The notes: generated by a model not told the origin, from the sequence alone. Numbered from the stretch's first letter, positions 41,690 to 56,384 are shown. The stretch: DNA of 64,000 bases from Camelus ferus (GCF_009834535.1 NC_045696.1:77626001-77690000), one strand, 5' to 3'. Numbers and translations: made by a program.

Positions 41690-42120
41690 ATGTGTTAAAA
41701 TCTCTCATCATGATTGTGGATGTATTGATTCCTTCTTATAGTCTGGTCACTTTTCATTTTGTACATAGGTTGGCTGGTGCCAACATATTTAGAATTCTGT
41801 AACTTCCTGAATCATTACTCCTTTTACCCTTATGAGATAATCCTCTAATTAGATAAGCCTCTAAATTTGAGTTTTAAAGTTCTGTTGATAATCTTAACAT
41901 CAATTTTATTTATTTAGTATGTGTCTGATATATCAACTTAAAAAAAAAAACTCCTTTCAGATTTTTGTCTCATAGTATCTTGTGTAACTTGAAATTAGCA
42001 CATAACTGCATTTCTTAAAATTAAAAATCCTTTCTGACGAATTTTCTTTCAAATGATTTAACCTATTTCTAGTTACTATAAACTTACATGCTTTTATTCT
42101 ATTGTCTTATTCTGTGTTTT
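41690..42120 (-). mobile_element. Ancient L1 ORF2 endonuclease-region fragment
   Basis: gtgttaaaatctctcatcatgattgtgg reads IIMMRDFNT on the minus strand (GDFN-like motif). Confidence 0.55.
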
Positions 42121-44014
42121 CTAGACAATGAGCTCCTTGTCCCCCCCCCCCCGAAGTCCATAAGTTTGACTGAGTTTTCCTTGTTCTCTTTCCTCTCTCT
42201 TCTTTCTCTCTATTAAAACCTACCACCTCTTGCCGTCATAATACCAGTCAGCATCCTGGAGGCCTGTGATGATGTGGTCCTCAAGCTCACTTTGAACGAC
42301 TCTTCTTCTCGGTCACTTTCATTTCCCAGAACAACTTAAGGTCTTCCCTGCCTTTACCAATTTGTGTATGGTTTTCCCATTAATGAAAGTGCTCTGTTTC
42401 CAATTGTTTGCAGTGCTGACTCCTCAACCTTTAAGCCTCCATTTAATTTGGAACTTCTTAGTCAAGCTTCCATGCAGGTTTCCCCCCTATATCTCCCAAC
42501 ACTTATCTCTCTCTCTGAATCCTCTGTTTATTACTTTCATAGCACTTCTGTAGTAGATGGATATATTTACTTGTTTGTCACCATTGATTATATATACGTT
42601 CTCTGAAGGCAGCTGTCCACTATATACTCAGTACCTACGAAAGTTCATTCCTCACAGTAAATGTTAAAGGAACATTTATTGAATGAATAAAGAATTTGTA
42701 AAGCTAGTCACATCTCTATCTCTAAATATTTGAATCATTATATAGTCATTTGTTGAATTTTTTTTGACCCACCAGCATTCTTTGATTATACCACCAGAAT
42801 GCAAAGGAAATACATACAGACATCTAATACCAACAAGGGTATTTGCGATGTTTATGCAAAAGATACTCAAGGTGTATTATGTTGGCAATTTTGGTACTTA
42901 ACCATACATAGGGGTACCAACTAGAGACAGATCAAGGAAATAATATGAGGTTTTGAAGACTCCACTTTTGTATTAAGCATTTTAAACATCACCTACAGAG
43001 AGTCCATATATGATCAAACAGAATAGAGCAGAATGAACACTGGGGTAGCAGTCACTGACCCTGGTTATCTTACTATCCGTATATCCTTAAAATTATTTCT
43101 CTAGGCCTTGTTTTTATTTAGTTCACAAGAGATGATGTGAGAGTAACATATAATACCAAAGAGGTGATTTACATATACTTAAGGCATTATTGCTGTTAAC
43201 AATAATGTAAAGAATATTGGGGGAAAATCTATTCTTTCTTAAATATTTGTACTTACTTTTAATATGAATAGATCTTTTAGGCAAGAAAAAACACTGATTG
43301 TTTCAAAAGCCTGATTTGAACAGAATGTCAATGTTGTTCAGGAACTCTATCAATTATTAACTAATATCATAAATACTTGATATCCTAAAATTTTAAACTC
43401 TCCCTCCACAAAGCCCTGTAATAGAAGCCATGGAATTATGTTAAGTGTATTTTAGTAGCCGATTCCACATACACATGTTTATACTACTTGTATCTCAGGA
43501 CAGTAGAAGGCATTTTGAAGAATAGGATTAACAGAATTAGTTGTTTCTAAATACATTTCTAAATACAGAAAATACATGAATCATATCATAGCCTGCCATG
43601 AAAATTTTATTCTTTGCTCCTAAACAAAACCAATGTGTATGCTTATAATAATTAATTTTAAAATTATTGATGAAAAATAAGGGTTAGGTGGGCAAGTAAA
43701 AACTTGCAAAGCTATCTCATTCTAAATTGTTGTAGCTTTTACTAAGCATTTCACCAAATCACAATAATATTGAGATTACTTACCTATGAATCTTAACTCC
43801 ATTATTACCACCTTACAGGAAATCTACCACTTCACAATTTATACATGAAAATGAGATGAATGTTTGACTTCTAATTACAGGCCATAGGACAAATAAAATC
43901 ATATGTTTAGTTGTATTTGAATTGTTTTCCTATTAAGTCACAACTGTTATAGCATTTAGGTTAAAAGTAATGATTTTGTGGCATTCTGAGTTTCCTCATG
44001 AGGTATAGTTATGC

Positions 44015-44310
44015 TCTATAGTTATGGACTAGGTTATGCTGCAGTAACAAATTAGCCCCCAAATCTCAGTGGGTTAACACGATATTGGTCAATGGGGTTT
44101 CTACCCCACATGGTCATTTGGGGCCTCAGGACACTTTAGAAGTCTCCATTGGGAACATTGTTAGTTACCATGGCCGAAGAGAAAGGGCTGGAGGGTCATT
44201 TACTGACTCTTAAGCTACATCTTCTACTCACAGGACAGTAGTTAGAACTAGTCACATTACCTCTGACTAACTGCAAAAGGCCTGTGAAATGTGGATGAGC
44301 CCACAAATAA
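44015..44310 (-). mobile_element. Old MaLR LTR fragment (MLT1J/K-like)
   Basis: ctaggttatgctgcagtaacaaa...aaatctcagtgg and agaactagtcacat motifs. Confidence 0.6.
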
Positions 44311-45722
44311 TGATGATTAGTAAAAGGTTCTCCCAGTCAGACCTGTGTTAGAGCACCAGCCATGCTAATCCTCAGCTGTGCCAACCTTAGATGACCTCCA
44401 ACCAACTACATAACCTCTTCAAGTGCCAATATTGCCATTCCTGCCTAGAATACATATATATATGTATATATTAAAAAAAAAAAAGGTGAATGATAAAGTA
44501 TATACAATGAGCTTATCTTTGTACTAAGTATAATGTTAGCATTTTGGGGAGATGTAATATGTTTTTTCCCTAAAGTGTTAAAAAGTAGAAAAATAGATGT
44601 TAAGGAATTAGAAAAAAGATATGGTTAAAAAAAAAAGAAGAAAAGCCAAAAAAAAAAAAAAACCCTCCATTTTTGCTTCCATACAGGTGACTCATGAGTC
44701 AATTTGGGTTTTGGACTGTGGGAAAGCCTAGTAACTTTAATTTTATATACATATAATATTATATATTTATTATATATATAATATGGGACTGTGTTTTTTG
44801 GTTGTTTCCTCAGAAGTCAGCATAGTACTTAACACAATGGCTTTTTAATAAATGTTTATTAAACTTAAAGGTTTATAGCTTAAAACATGATTGACTGTTG
44901 TCAGTGATTACATAAAGTAAGCACAATGGGCACAAATACATGTATCTATAAAACTGTATGAGAAAAATAAGTATCTGTGACCTGACTCTTTCCTGCTGGT
45001 CCCAGAGACCAGTGACACTTTTTCTTTGTACTCAGCTCTCACACAGTTCAAAACCCGTATTGACTCTTGGGTCACCCGTATGGAAGCAAAGAAGCCCTTT
45101 GTTTACCACCTCTTGAAGAATTATCTCCTTGCCTCACTCTAAGATGTCCTATTTTTAAACTCTAACTTCATCACAGCGAGAGACAGGAATTGCAGTTTAA
45201 TGTTTTATGTATTCTCTTCACATAGATTACATGAGAGATGGAAAGTGTATTTCAATACTGCCTTGCAGAATGATGACACAAATGTAGGTTACTGATCTCA
45301 ATGAACTGTGAATCAACATGGAAGGAAGGAAATTGTTTAAGTGAAAACTTTTAACTTGCTTTTACATATGTATCATATAAATGATTTGACAGTATCTTAT
45401 AAATATTGTTTTTATTTCTTAACTGTAACTTCTAATGTAGGCATAATGCATTTCATTATTTATACTAGCAAAAATCAGCATTTCTCTATAAATTCAAGTA
45501 TGTCTCAATGCAGTATTCTGTATATCTTATCATTATGACAAATGGATCATATTGTGTGCTTTTTCTGAAAAAGTATATAGCATAACTTTTAAAAAAGTAA
45601 ACCTTTTGTGAATGTGTTTTTCTCTATAATGAAAGACACTTGGGCAAAGTTGAATGCTATAGCTTAGCTGCCTAGAGATAAATGCACGTTGAAATTGCAT
45701 TTGAAATAAATTTAAAAATAAT

Positions 45723-45867
45723 GGGGGAGGGTATAGCTCAAGTGGTAGAGCGCATGCTTAGCATGCGCAAGGTCCTGGGTTCAATCCCCAGCACCTCCTC
45801 TGAAAATAAGTAAGTAAACCAAATTACCTCCCCCATAAAAAAAATAATAATAAATAAATAATAAAAA
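45723..45867 (+). mobile_element. tRNA-Ala-derived SINE (camelid Vic-1-like), well preserved
   Basis: A box tagctcaagtgg, AGC anticodon arm, B box ggttcaatcc, aattacctccccc motif, A-rich tail. Confidence 0.9.
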
Positions 45868-47299
45868 CAGGAGCCACATCTCAGGGGTGGTGGCTTTAAA
45901 AAAAAAACAAAAACAAAAATAAATGCTAACCTCTTAAAAAAATACTGAAAGACTTGTGTTCTTGATGACAAAGAATATGACATTTTACCCTGTAATACTT
46001 CTCATAATTCTAATCATCCTAATTTTATCTAGAATGACAGGAAAAAAGGGGGTAACAATAATCTCACTAAAATACTACTCCATCAAATGTCTTAAAATAA
46101 AAATAAATTTTATTAGAAAGAAAAAAATTAAGGTCAAGGGGTTATGAATTATTTGTATAAGTTCTTCTCTGCATATGAGATACACACTAACTTCCGAAGC
46201 TCATTTCTCACTAATTTGAAGTCTGACTGGCAGAGATGGTTGTCCTTTGTGAATAAATGAAAATTCTTTAAATCCGCCAGTAACATTAAATCATAGCCAG
46301 ATTAAGACATATAATTTAATCACTTTTAAATTTCTTCCATTAATTTTAAGCCCTATAATCATTATCTAGTAAACCATTGCAGAAGTAAAAAAAAATTCAA
46401 AATAGATTTTTTGAATGATAACTCAAAGTATGATTCTAATAGCATGTGTCTAATCACTCACCATTATTGAAATGAAGTTGATTTAATTGAACCTGTAAGA
46501 GATTGCATTTTCTAATCATACCTCATCTATAAATGCTTATTATTCAAAGGAAGCCATATGTATTTTTAAGCACTCTTAATTAAAATAATGCATAAAATCT
46601 TAGATTTATATGCATAAATTCCCTTTATAGTTATTCTAGAGTGATTCTCATCTTTCTGTTATTTTTGTGTTTTTAATTCTATGCACTGCATTGTCAACTT
46701 TATTTTAGCATTGAGCAAAGATAAATTTGAAAATAATTCATTAATACCTATACTGGTAATTGCTTGATTAATATCTTCAAAAGTTAAAAGTAAACATCAA
46801 AATTCTACATCAGAGTGAAATAATGTGTAGGCACAGAAATTCACAGAAACATTAAGAATAGTTCCGAGCTGCATTCATTCTTGACCAACTAAAATAACAA
46901 AATTCCAGAGTAATTTTCCCTGATCAACTCTACGCAGATGGAGCCTTTTTACAGAGAGTGCAACTATACAAAGAACAAAATAAACAATATAATTTAAAAG
47001 AATGATGAGGATACAGAAGAATATATGTATATATTTCACTATTTTCATATGTGTGTCTATATATCTACATGTATACATATATTGATACAAATACACATAT
47101 ATATACTAGAGAGTACTTATCTCATAGAAATATTTGTGGAGAATATAATATTTGCCTCATATAATACCTCTGCTAAAGATTTCATTATCTTAGGAATAAC
47201 AAGATTTAATGTCAATATCAATTCAGAATCACCAGTGTCTATCTGGCCTTTGTTCCTGTCCAACATCGTACTATCCTCTTGTCCAAAACGATTATCTAA

Positions 47300-49930
47300 A
47301 TATTAAATACTAAAACATTGGCCATCCTATTTCACTCCCTTTAATTTTACTCACTTCATAATAAAAATATTCAGAGGGCAGTATCTCACCTAGCCACAGT
47401 ATGTGTACTACGATTCACACTATTCCTACTTCCCAGTTATGTCAACGTAAACAAAGGGTACCATTCTGAAAACGTATCTTGTTTCCTAGATTCCTTCCCC
47501 TTCTGCTTTATCAGTGATCTCTATCAGTTATCCACCTCTCCCTTAATCTTTTAACACCTCTTTCTACTAAATCTTTTCTATCACTTCTGGAACATGTTCA
47601 AGTCTCTCCCAACTTAAAGAAAAAACCAGAAAAATAAGCAATGATTTCCCTGCCCCCTAGTAGGACAAACTTCTTGAAAGAGTTATTACACTGACAGCCT
47701 GATTTCCTCACTTCATACTTACTTCTTTCCTCACTGCAGTCACACTTCCAATCTTACTATTGACACCATTTCGGTCAAGGTCACTATTGACTCTGATAAA
47801 TCCAATGGCCCTTAATCAAGCTTTTGGCACAATACACTTTACTGAAACAAGTATTTCTTGGCTTCTGTGACTGCTAGTTCTGGATTTACCTTCTACCTCA
47901 TAGCTGCTCTTCCTCAATTCTTTTTGCTGAGGTTTTTTTTTTTTTTTTTTTTTCCCCCACATCTTTCAGATGCTAATACTTCTCCAGATAAATTCATTAG
48001 GTAGTTTCACTCAATGCCATGGTTTCAAATATTGAATACAAAGAGAATAATTACCAAGTCTATTATCTCCAGCCCAAAGCTCTTTCTTGAGGTTCAGATG
48101 AGTTTATACAATAGCCTAGTGGACACATCCACTTCACAGGCACATCAAACAAAAGATCAAGAACTAAATTTAACATTTTACTCTCTGTATAATTTATTTT
48201 TAGAGGAAGATCTCCATTTGCTAAATTTCTCTGTTTATCTCATTAGGATACTTTGCCATGACCCCACCTCCAGCTCTGGAGTATTCGGGAAATACCATTT
48301 ATGGATATGGTTTACTGTATTTAAAGACCATAAAATATTAAGCTATTTCTGTTAGTCCAACTACACACATACACACACACACACACACACACCATAATCT
48401 ATTTGCCTCTAGAAATCTTTACATTGATGATAGAATAATCACTAGCTAAAAACATTCTGAAGTTGAACTATACTGATGGGTAGTATATTCTAAGGAGAAT
48501 TATCTACAATACTATTTTCAAGGGGTCCTAGAACATAGAAAAAAGAGGCAGAGGGTGGTCCTTGTAGGAAAGGTGGAGATCTTAATAGGGAACACCTTGG
48601 ATAAAGAGAATCATCTCAAGAACCCAAGCTTCTGACTGTCAATGCTGTACTCAGTCATACACTAACAGTTCCAGATAAGCCATTTTAAGGTAGAGCAGAT
48701 GCCACCTTGGGAAAAAAAACACCTATTTTGGGGAGCAGGGAAGGAGACGTGGTACATAACTAGTTTTCCTCTGGTATCTGCTTGTATCAGATGTGTCTGC
48801 TTTTATTCTGCAACTCCAATTATACATTCCTTCTCCTCCAAAGATTTTTTTTTTTTTAATTCTCTCAGTATAAAAGGTAGGATAAAACTGAAAAAATGAA
48901 ATTGCTTTAGAGAGCCATAAACCTACTGTCTCTTCACTCTTAGTTCTGGTCTTAAATCGCCTTAAGGGAGAACGCACCAAGAAAGAACTACAAAGAATTT
49001 TAGTCTGAGTTTTTAATCAATACAAACCAAATCTGTTTCTACTTTTTTCTTATCTCAGTTCACACTACCACCATCCACCCAGTTGTTAAAAGCAAAAACC
49101 TGGAAATTATGACTCTACATTGATCATCATTCTTACAGTAAGGCAGAGAGGCTGACCTTTGTTTATTTTTGTTTATTGTTAAATCTCTAGCACTACAATA
49201 GATGGAATAAGCAGATATGAAATGAATATTCTTAAATGAATCCAATGACTTAATGTTTCTTGAACCTGATGATTTCTCTTAATTTCTTCTGCCACTACTT
49301 TAATTCAGGCCACCACCATCATTTATCTGGGCCACAGCAGCTACTATTTAACTGGTCTCCCTGGACTCATTCTTGCCACTCTCCCATCCATTCTTTATAT
49401 TGCAGTAGGATGACCTTTTCAAAATGCAAGTCTAATATGATTTCCTCATTGCTTAAAACTCGTCAGGACTTTCCTTTGATCTTAGGATAATGTCTAAACT
49501 TATTAACAAGTCTTCATATGTCTCCTTATTTCTTTAGCATTATTTCTTGAACTCTGGTTTGTTTATGTCTTGACTTCTGTTCCTAGACATAAGGAGTTTC
49601 TTTTGTTTTCTTAATGGGCTAGCTCTCTCTCCCACCTCTGGGATTTACCTATGGCCTTGCCCTGCCTTAAATACTTTTTTCCCCACCTTTTCACCTGAAT
49701 ACATCATTTCAAGGCTCCATTTAACACCACTGCTTTCCAGAAGGCTTTTCCTGAACACTGGGATAGGCACCTGTACCATATTTTCCCTTAGGCCTACGTT
49801 TTTTTCCTAACAAAGCAACCATCACATTTATTATATTTTTTAATTTGCTGTATATCTTCTAAACTTAATTGTGAACTTGATGTGAGCAAAGTCAAGGCCT
49901 GTGTTGTACATTGTGTATCCCCTGAACTTT
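47300..49930 (+). mobile_element. Fragmented L2 relic(s)
   Basis: L2 motifs caaggtcactattgac...aaatccaatgg, tatctccagccca, aactggtctccctg and tgcttaaaact; boundaries approximate. Confidence 0.55.
48363..48392. repeat. Interrupted (AC)n microsatellite
   Basis: AC run with one AT interruption. Confidence 0.9.
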
Positions 49931-50226
49931 AGTATTTCAGGAAAATGTCTGCAACTAGGAAAAATTACATAGCTTTTGAAAAAATTATTTCACTTAATCC
50001 CCATAATATCATAATAAAAGTATTTCTCCCCAGTTTACATATAAAGAAACTAAGACTCAGAGAGCTCAAGAAAATTGTCAAAGATTTGTCAGTTGTTTGC
50101 TATGCTATGTCCAGGTCAGTTTTAATGTTCCTGATACTTAGTTTCATCATCTGTGCAACAGAGATAAATGAATTCTACCTTGAGATGGATGACAGAACTT
50201 GAGATGAAAAAGGTAAATGTCTAGAA

Positions 50227-50530
50227 CAATGATAAGCAAACTATGGCCCATAGGTAAATCCAACTGACTACTTGTTTGTATATGAACGATGAGCTAAGAA
50301 TGGTTTTAAAGTTTTTAAATAGCTAAAAAAATTTTTTAAACAATAATAATTTCATAATACATAAAAATCATACATTTAAATTTCACTCTCCATAAATAAA
50401 GTTCATTGGAACAGTCACATCTGTTCACTTACACAGTGTATGTTTGTTTTTACACCAGCAAAGTTCAATAATTACAACTGAGCCAATATATGACTCACCA
50501 CAAAGCCAAAATATTTACTCTCTGGCCCTG
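50227..50530. mobile_element. MER58B-like hAT-Charlie MITE
   Basis: 8-bp TSD gtctagaa at 50219-50226 and 50531-50538; gcaaactatggccc and aaaatatttact-tctggccct motifs. Confidence 0.82.
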
Positions 50531-53352
50531 GTCTAGAAAAATGCCTACAGGCACTCAACAGATGTACTTATAATTTTTAGTGTAGTTTTTAATAATAGAA
50601 ATAATCACAAATGACTTCCTAGTCTAAGCGACTTATAGCTCATCTACCAGCAAAATTTCTGACTAGTAAACTATAATGACAAGCTTCTTTCCTGTTATTC
50701 CACATACATGCACTATATACAGAGTCAAGTAATCAAATATTTTTGCATTTAGTGAGAAAAACCACTTATAAATACAGACAACCACATAGGATCCTTGTAA
50801 GTACTCTGGAGGTGGAACTCACTCTTTTTAAACTTACCCACTTTACCCCTTTGTACAATAAATATTTATCATTCAAAGATATTCCTCCAAATCAGGATTC
50901 TGAAGAAAGATAGCTAAACACCAGAAAGTTAACTTACGTAGCCAAGACTTGTGAAGAAGCCTGGACTAGGCTCAAAGAGGTATTGAAGCCCTCTTCCTTT
51001 AACAGCAAATAGTCTCTCAGACACGAATGGATTTCAGCTTAGGAGCTTGTTAGAGCCTCCTGTGATGAAGTCTCAGTGTGTTCCAAAACTTAGCTTGGTC
51101 AACAATATGAATTCAAAAATGTTTAGCTATTTGGGATTCTAGGACAAAATCTGACCATTTGGAACTCCAATCCTTTGGGAAATATGGAGTAATGTGTGTT
51201 GGGTACACACAAAACAAATATAATCTGAGCAGGCAAATGAGGCCCTTGAGAAGCAGAGACTCTCTGTTTCCCTCTTGTTACATGTGCATCTCTTCCCACT
51301 CACTCATTGTTTCTTCTTCGTGTTGCCTCAGGACCTATTTTGTCATCCATTCATTCTCCCTGACCTCATCAGTCTTTCTGTAAATTTGGAGTCCAAAAGC
51401 TATTCAAAATGAAAGGTTATTTATATGATTGAGTTGAAAATGTCCCATTACTTTCTTTGCCTAAGTATGTCCTTTCTTAAAGACATTATCCTAAACCCTT
51501 TCCTCCATCAATGTTTTTAGATTAATGGTTGGCCTTGTTTTGAGCTTCATGTTGAACTCCTTCACAAGGAGCAGAGTTGGATAAGTTGATGAGACGATGT
51601 GGGCCTAGGGTCAAGCAGACTCAATTCTAACCTTAGCTTGTCACTCAACTGGCTGCACGACCTTGGACAAATTATTTGGGCAACCTTCATACATCTCAGT
51701 CTCGAAGTCCTCATTTGCATAAAGTGGGTGATAGTATCTCACTGAAAGCACTATTGTGAGCCCTCAAATAATATATTATAACATATAAAATATCTGGCAC
51801 AGTCCCTGTCTCACAGTAGACAATCAATATTAGTTTCTCTCTTTTCTTCCCTTTCTCCTCATTTCTAGTTACCTTAGGATGGGAAAAGCACCTAAATACA
51901 TTCATTTCTTACTAAGCAAATGGAATCTTGGGTCACCTGTAAAAGGAACTCTGTCAGAAAAAAAAATCCCTTTGATATATATTGCACCACATTATATACA
52001 CCTCATATTTAAATTAGGAACTTACCACTTTGATTAAAGAAATTCTAACTAGATACATAATGCAGGAGAAAGAGTGCATGACGGGAGATCGGAGAAGAAC
52101 TGGTCTCGGCTTTGGGCTCCACTCTCTATCTTCTATGTCACTTATGCTCAGTGGGCCCCATCTCCTCTTTTGCAAAATTAGGATAAAATCAACCCTGCAG
52201 GCCTGGCAGGTTGATGTGACATCCTTTCATAATTCCCATCTCTCTCCTCCTTTCCAGCCTTTCTCCCACTGCTCCTTCTCTCCAGCTACACAAGACACAG
52301 GTCTCAAGATTAGTGAGGTCCATGAGCACATGCCTCTGAAAATTTTGTTTCTTCCGTCTAGAATGTCTTTCCACACCAGGCTCTGATTCATCTTTTACAT
52401 ATGGGGGCAAATATTCCTCATCTGGAAGATAGTTTTAGCACTAACTCTCTGAGGTAGGGCTGTTCCTTCCTTCTTTGCTCCCATAATACTTTCGCATATT
52501 TCATCATAGTTGAATGAAATTATTAGTTACATATGGAGCCCAGATTTAAGGAAAAGATTCTAGGGCTCACCCAGCTTTGATATCTGGGTATCTAGGAGAG
52601 TAATAGCACACAAATCTGTTCAAAGTAAAATGGTGAAATGTGAGTATGCTTAGTAATCTTCAAAGTCATCAAAATATCTCAATTTGAAAGATTCGGGGAA
52701 ACGAAAGCATAGATCAGTGCACAGAAAATGGCTGTATGAGGGAAGATTTAGTACTCAGAGTCTGTGAATAGTTAGGACACATCTGGGATTTAGATGAAGA
52801 ACAGAGGCAGGATCAAGTGAAGGAAAAGGAATAAAAAAATGTTTCACAGTTCATATTTTTTATTGTATTGGCAAAAGACTATCTGTGAAAAAAGATATTT
52901 TAAGCTTATTTATATGTTGTAAATATAAGTTAAATGGCTCTAGGAAAAGAGGTTTTTTCAGAAGCACTGTTATAAGTATAGTTTGGAAATTGCTGTTACT
53001 GGAATTCATAGAGGAGGAATGAACTTTAGAGATTATATCTTCCACGGCCTTTCAAATGTTTGCACCCAGTGACAGAGGGCAGAGGAAAACCTTCCTCACA
53101 GCATACAGCTCCCTTTCAAGCAATATTAGCAAGATTTATGGAGTTTATTGCAAGGACTATGCTAAGAATTTTACATATATTAATTATCTTAATCCTTTCA
53201 ACTCTAAGAGGCAAATATGATTCTGTCCCCATTTTGTAGAGAGAGGGAAGTGCAGAGAGGTAAAAGAGTCTGAGTCACACAGCTGAGATCCATATGTTAG
53301 AATTATAATTCAAGTACAATTTGGCTCGAGGCAGTATTCTTAAACTCCATAC

Positions 53353-53520
53353 CAGTGGAATTCCCCAGAGGTCTTATTAAAGCACAAATTGCTGACCTTA
53401 CCTAGAGCTTTAGATTCAGAGTGAGGTTGAGTCCAGTGAATTGCATTTCTAAGGTGTTCCCTAGTGAAGCTAATGCTACTGGTTTTCAGACCATAATTTA
53501 AGACTCTCGAGACCACTGCT
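53353..53520. mobile_element. MER5A-like MITE (another probable copy at ~6640-6770)
   Basis: cttattaaagcacaaattgctg...ttgcatttctaa...gctaatgctactgg...gagaccactg. Confidence 0.65.
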
Positions 53521-56384
53521 CCACTCTAACTGACCTCTGGGAAATCCTTGTTGGGTTAAGAATCCCATATAGCTTGACTTCCATTCTCACATCCAGGGGA
53601 AAGAGACCACAAAGCATACTGGTTAAGAAAATGAGCTTTGGAGACAGATGCTGATGGGCAAATTCCCACTTTCTCAGGTCTGTAACTCACTAGCTCTATA
53701 AATAACTGACATTCTCTAAGTCTCGGTTTCCTCACCTATAAAATGAGTATAACAGCACTGACTTAGTAAGTTTACATCGTAGAATAAAGAATGTGTGTGT
53801 ATGGTAAGCACATAGCATATGGAAAGCATTAAAAAATAAATCCTTTGTTGAGGTATAACGCTCTTGGCGCACACCTTAAGACCCAGAACGACCTTATGAC
53901 CCAGAATGAGCACTCCGTGAGTTCTTCCTGGGCCCCTTGGAGATAAAAAATTTGCTTAAAATCAACCACATGATTAAAGGCTAAAACTAGCACATGATGG
54001 TATTTTATAAAAGGCCAGAAGTAAATTTAGAGACATTTAGGAAAAAAGCATTTGCAACAGGAATAGAATAAAGGCATTTTTTCCTCATAGAGCTACTAGC
54101 CATCAAAATTGTATTCTTTCTTAAGCCAAGAATCCAAACATTTTTAGTGTTAATTTTTCAGTGATAACAGGATCAGAATCTTATTCAAGCCTGGGCCTGA
54201 ACTTCTAAAGGAAATTCAAGAGTCTATTAAGTATTTAAATCAACTCATGTCATAATACTCTAGTGTTAATGGACACATTTTAAGAAATCATATAAAATGC
54301 ATTCATCACGTCAAGTAGAGAGATGAGAAAAGAAAGAGCAAAACATATGCAAGTTAATTTATTTAGCTCTCAGTTAGCAACTTAGGTCAAATAATAAGGA
54401 AAAGAAGATACTTAAAGAAAACATTCATTATGGCACATATATTGAGGACTGTCCAGTTTGTCCTTAGACCAGTAAAAAATGCCAAAGCCCTCAGACTTAG
54501 AGCACGCTGGGGAATCGCTCGACAGTTTGATGGACCTCTTGAAATATTTTATAATTACTCTGCTTGTTCCCAGGTTTCAATGATTCACTTCCAAAAGAAA
54601 TTTTTCTCTACATTAAAGAAAAAATCTGTTCATGAGTGGAGAAAACAGGATTTCAAGAACACTTTATATGCAGGGGTTATTTACAAGAGAAATGCTGTGA
54701 GTGCTAGTGCGTTTTGATTGAGTATTATTCTAACCGGAGATTAGATCGCCAATGAAACATTTTCCTAAGCTTTCAGAGGACAGTCAATCATCAGACTAAA
54801 TTTAATTAACATAATTTATACAGCAGATAAAACATAGTAAGCATATTACATAGGATACTTCATAGCATTTTGGTGAAATCTCATCCTCTTCCAGTTATGA
54901 GAAATCCCACATCCCTTCTATTTTCTTTTCTTTTCTTCAGTGCATTTCTTTTCAGATTTAAATACATAATTTAAGGGTCTACTCTTTCTACTCATACATA
55001 TATTTTCTTCCAGAGATTTTTTTTTTTCCTGACAGTTTAATTTACAATGTATATTTAGCAGGTAGGAAAAGTTCTCTAAGTACTTGAAATAGAAAGAAGT
55101 TGCTGCTTTTCTTTTCTTAGATTCGTCCTCTGACTACTGTAAAAAGTTTAGTTCTTAGAAGTTTTGAGTTTAAAATTAGAAACATTTTGATAACTTCTAT
55201 CAGGATCTGGTACGGACTGGAAGACAAATTCCATTCTGTATCTTACAATGAACTATAACTGAGATGCAAAGGCCACCTTTATTTGATATATTTAACAGAG
55301 TGCTATCCTTTCCTTTTATTCAAGTACTCTTTGTTATTCTCTATCTTTGTGGGTAGTCATTGTGTTTTTAGGTAGTTTCCTATCTTGCATAAAACCTAGT
55401 AAACTTTCAACATAGTAGGTCCTCTGTAAAGATATTTTGATTGAGTAGTTTAGTAACAGGAATAAAATCAACACTTAAGATCACCTACTTTGAAGGAAAC
55501 CCTAACATTCACCCTGTCTTTCAGATTTTTTAGTGAGGATTTCTTTTAAAGACACATGGACAGATGGTCATTTTGAATAACAGTGTCTTTCGTGCTTTGT
55601 GACCTGCAGAAAAACAACATCAAAACTTTGACTCCAGACCTCTATAAACTACCATTAGAACAGAATTACAAGATTAGCTTTGTATTTCTTTTCTTTAGTG
55701 CAGTTTTATAAATCCATTTATTATCTTGTTAAATGTTAGAACTAGCATGTTTGACATATTCATAATTTATTTTCTCAAGGAAAAGAACTGCAGAGGAAAC
55801 TGTAAATAAATATTGGAGATTTGGAGGGTCTAATAAATTTAGCTCACTACATTAGTGCTCATGGCAGTTAAAGCCCATTTTTCAGGAAATTGAAATTTGG
55901 ATAAATGAGTATGATATTCATCTAGTTTTTAAAAATAGAAGCATGTAATAAAATCGAAGAACACACAATTTGAAACAAAAGACAGAAAAATTTATTATGT
56001 AGTTCATATACCTAAATGTAGAGGTTGATTCAATTATAATAATCCCATCATGTTAAGTACATTTCTGGAAATATGAAATGCAATTGGAGACATTATTTTC
56101 AAGAAAAATTCAGCTTCAGAAATAATTTTTAAAATTTTTCTTCAAATACAGTCATGACATTAATATTATAATTGTTCTTCATAGAGTTTCACTGGTCTTG
56201 GCGTCTGCTGCTGTTTCATTCTGCTTGATAGCTCTAACACAGCAGAACCACAGCCAACTAGCCAGCTGCAGTTTTTCCCACGTCTACAAGGACAATTTTT
56301 CAATGGAATGCATGGTATTTCTGGTAGACATACATGTGAAATCATCAGCTGATTACATGGGAGATCAGAAACATATGTCTGTAG

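Noticed and set aside
45723..45800. tRNA-Ala gene (also at 3158 and 56975)
   Set aside because: No proper acceptor stem or T-run terminator; all three share an A-rich and C-rich tail typical of a SINE.
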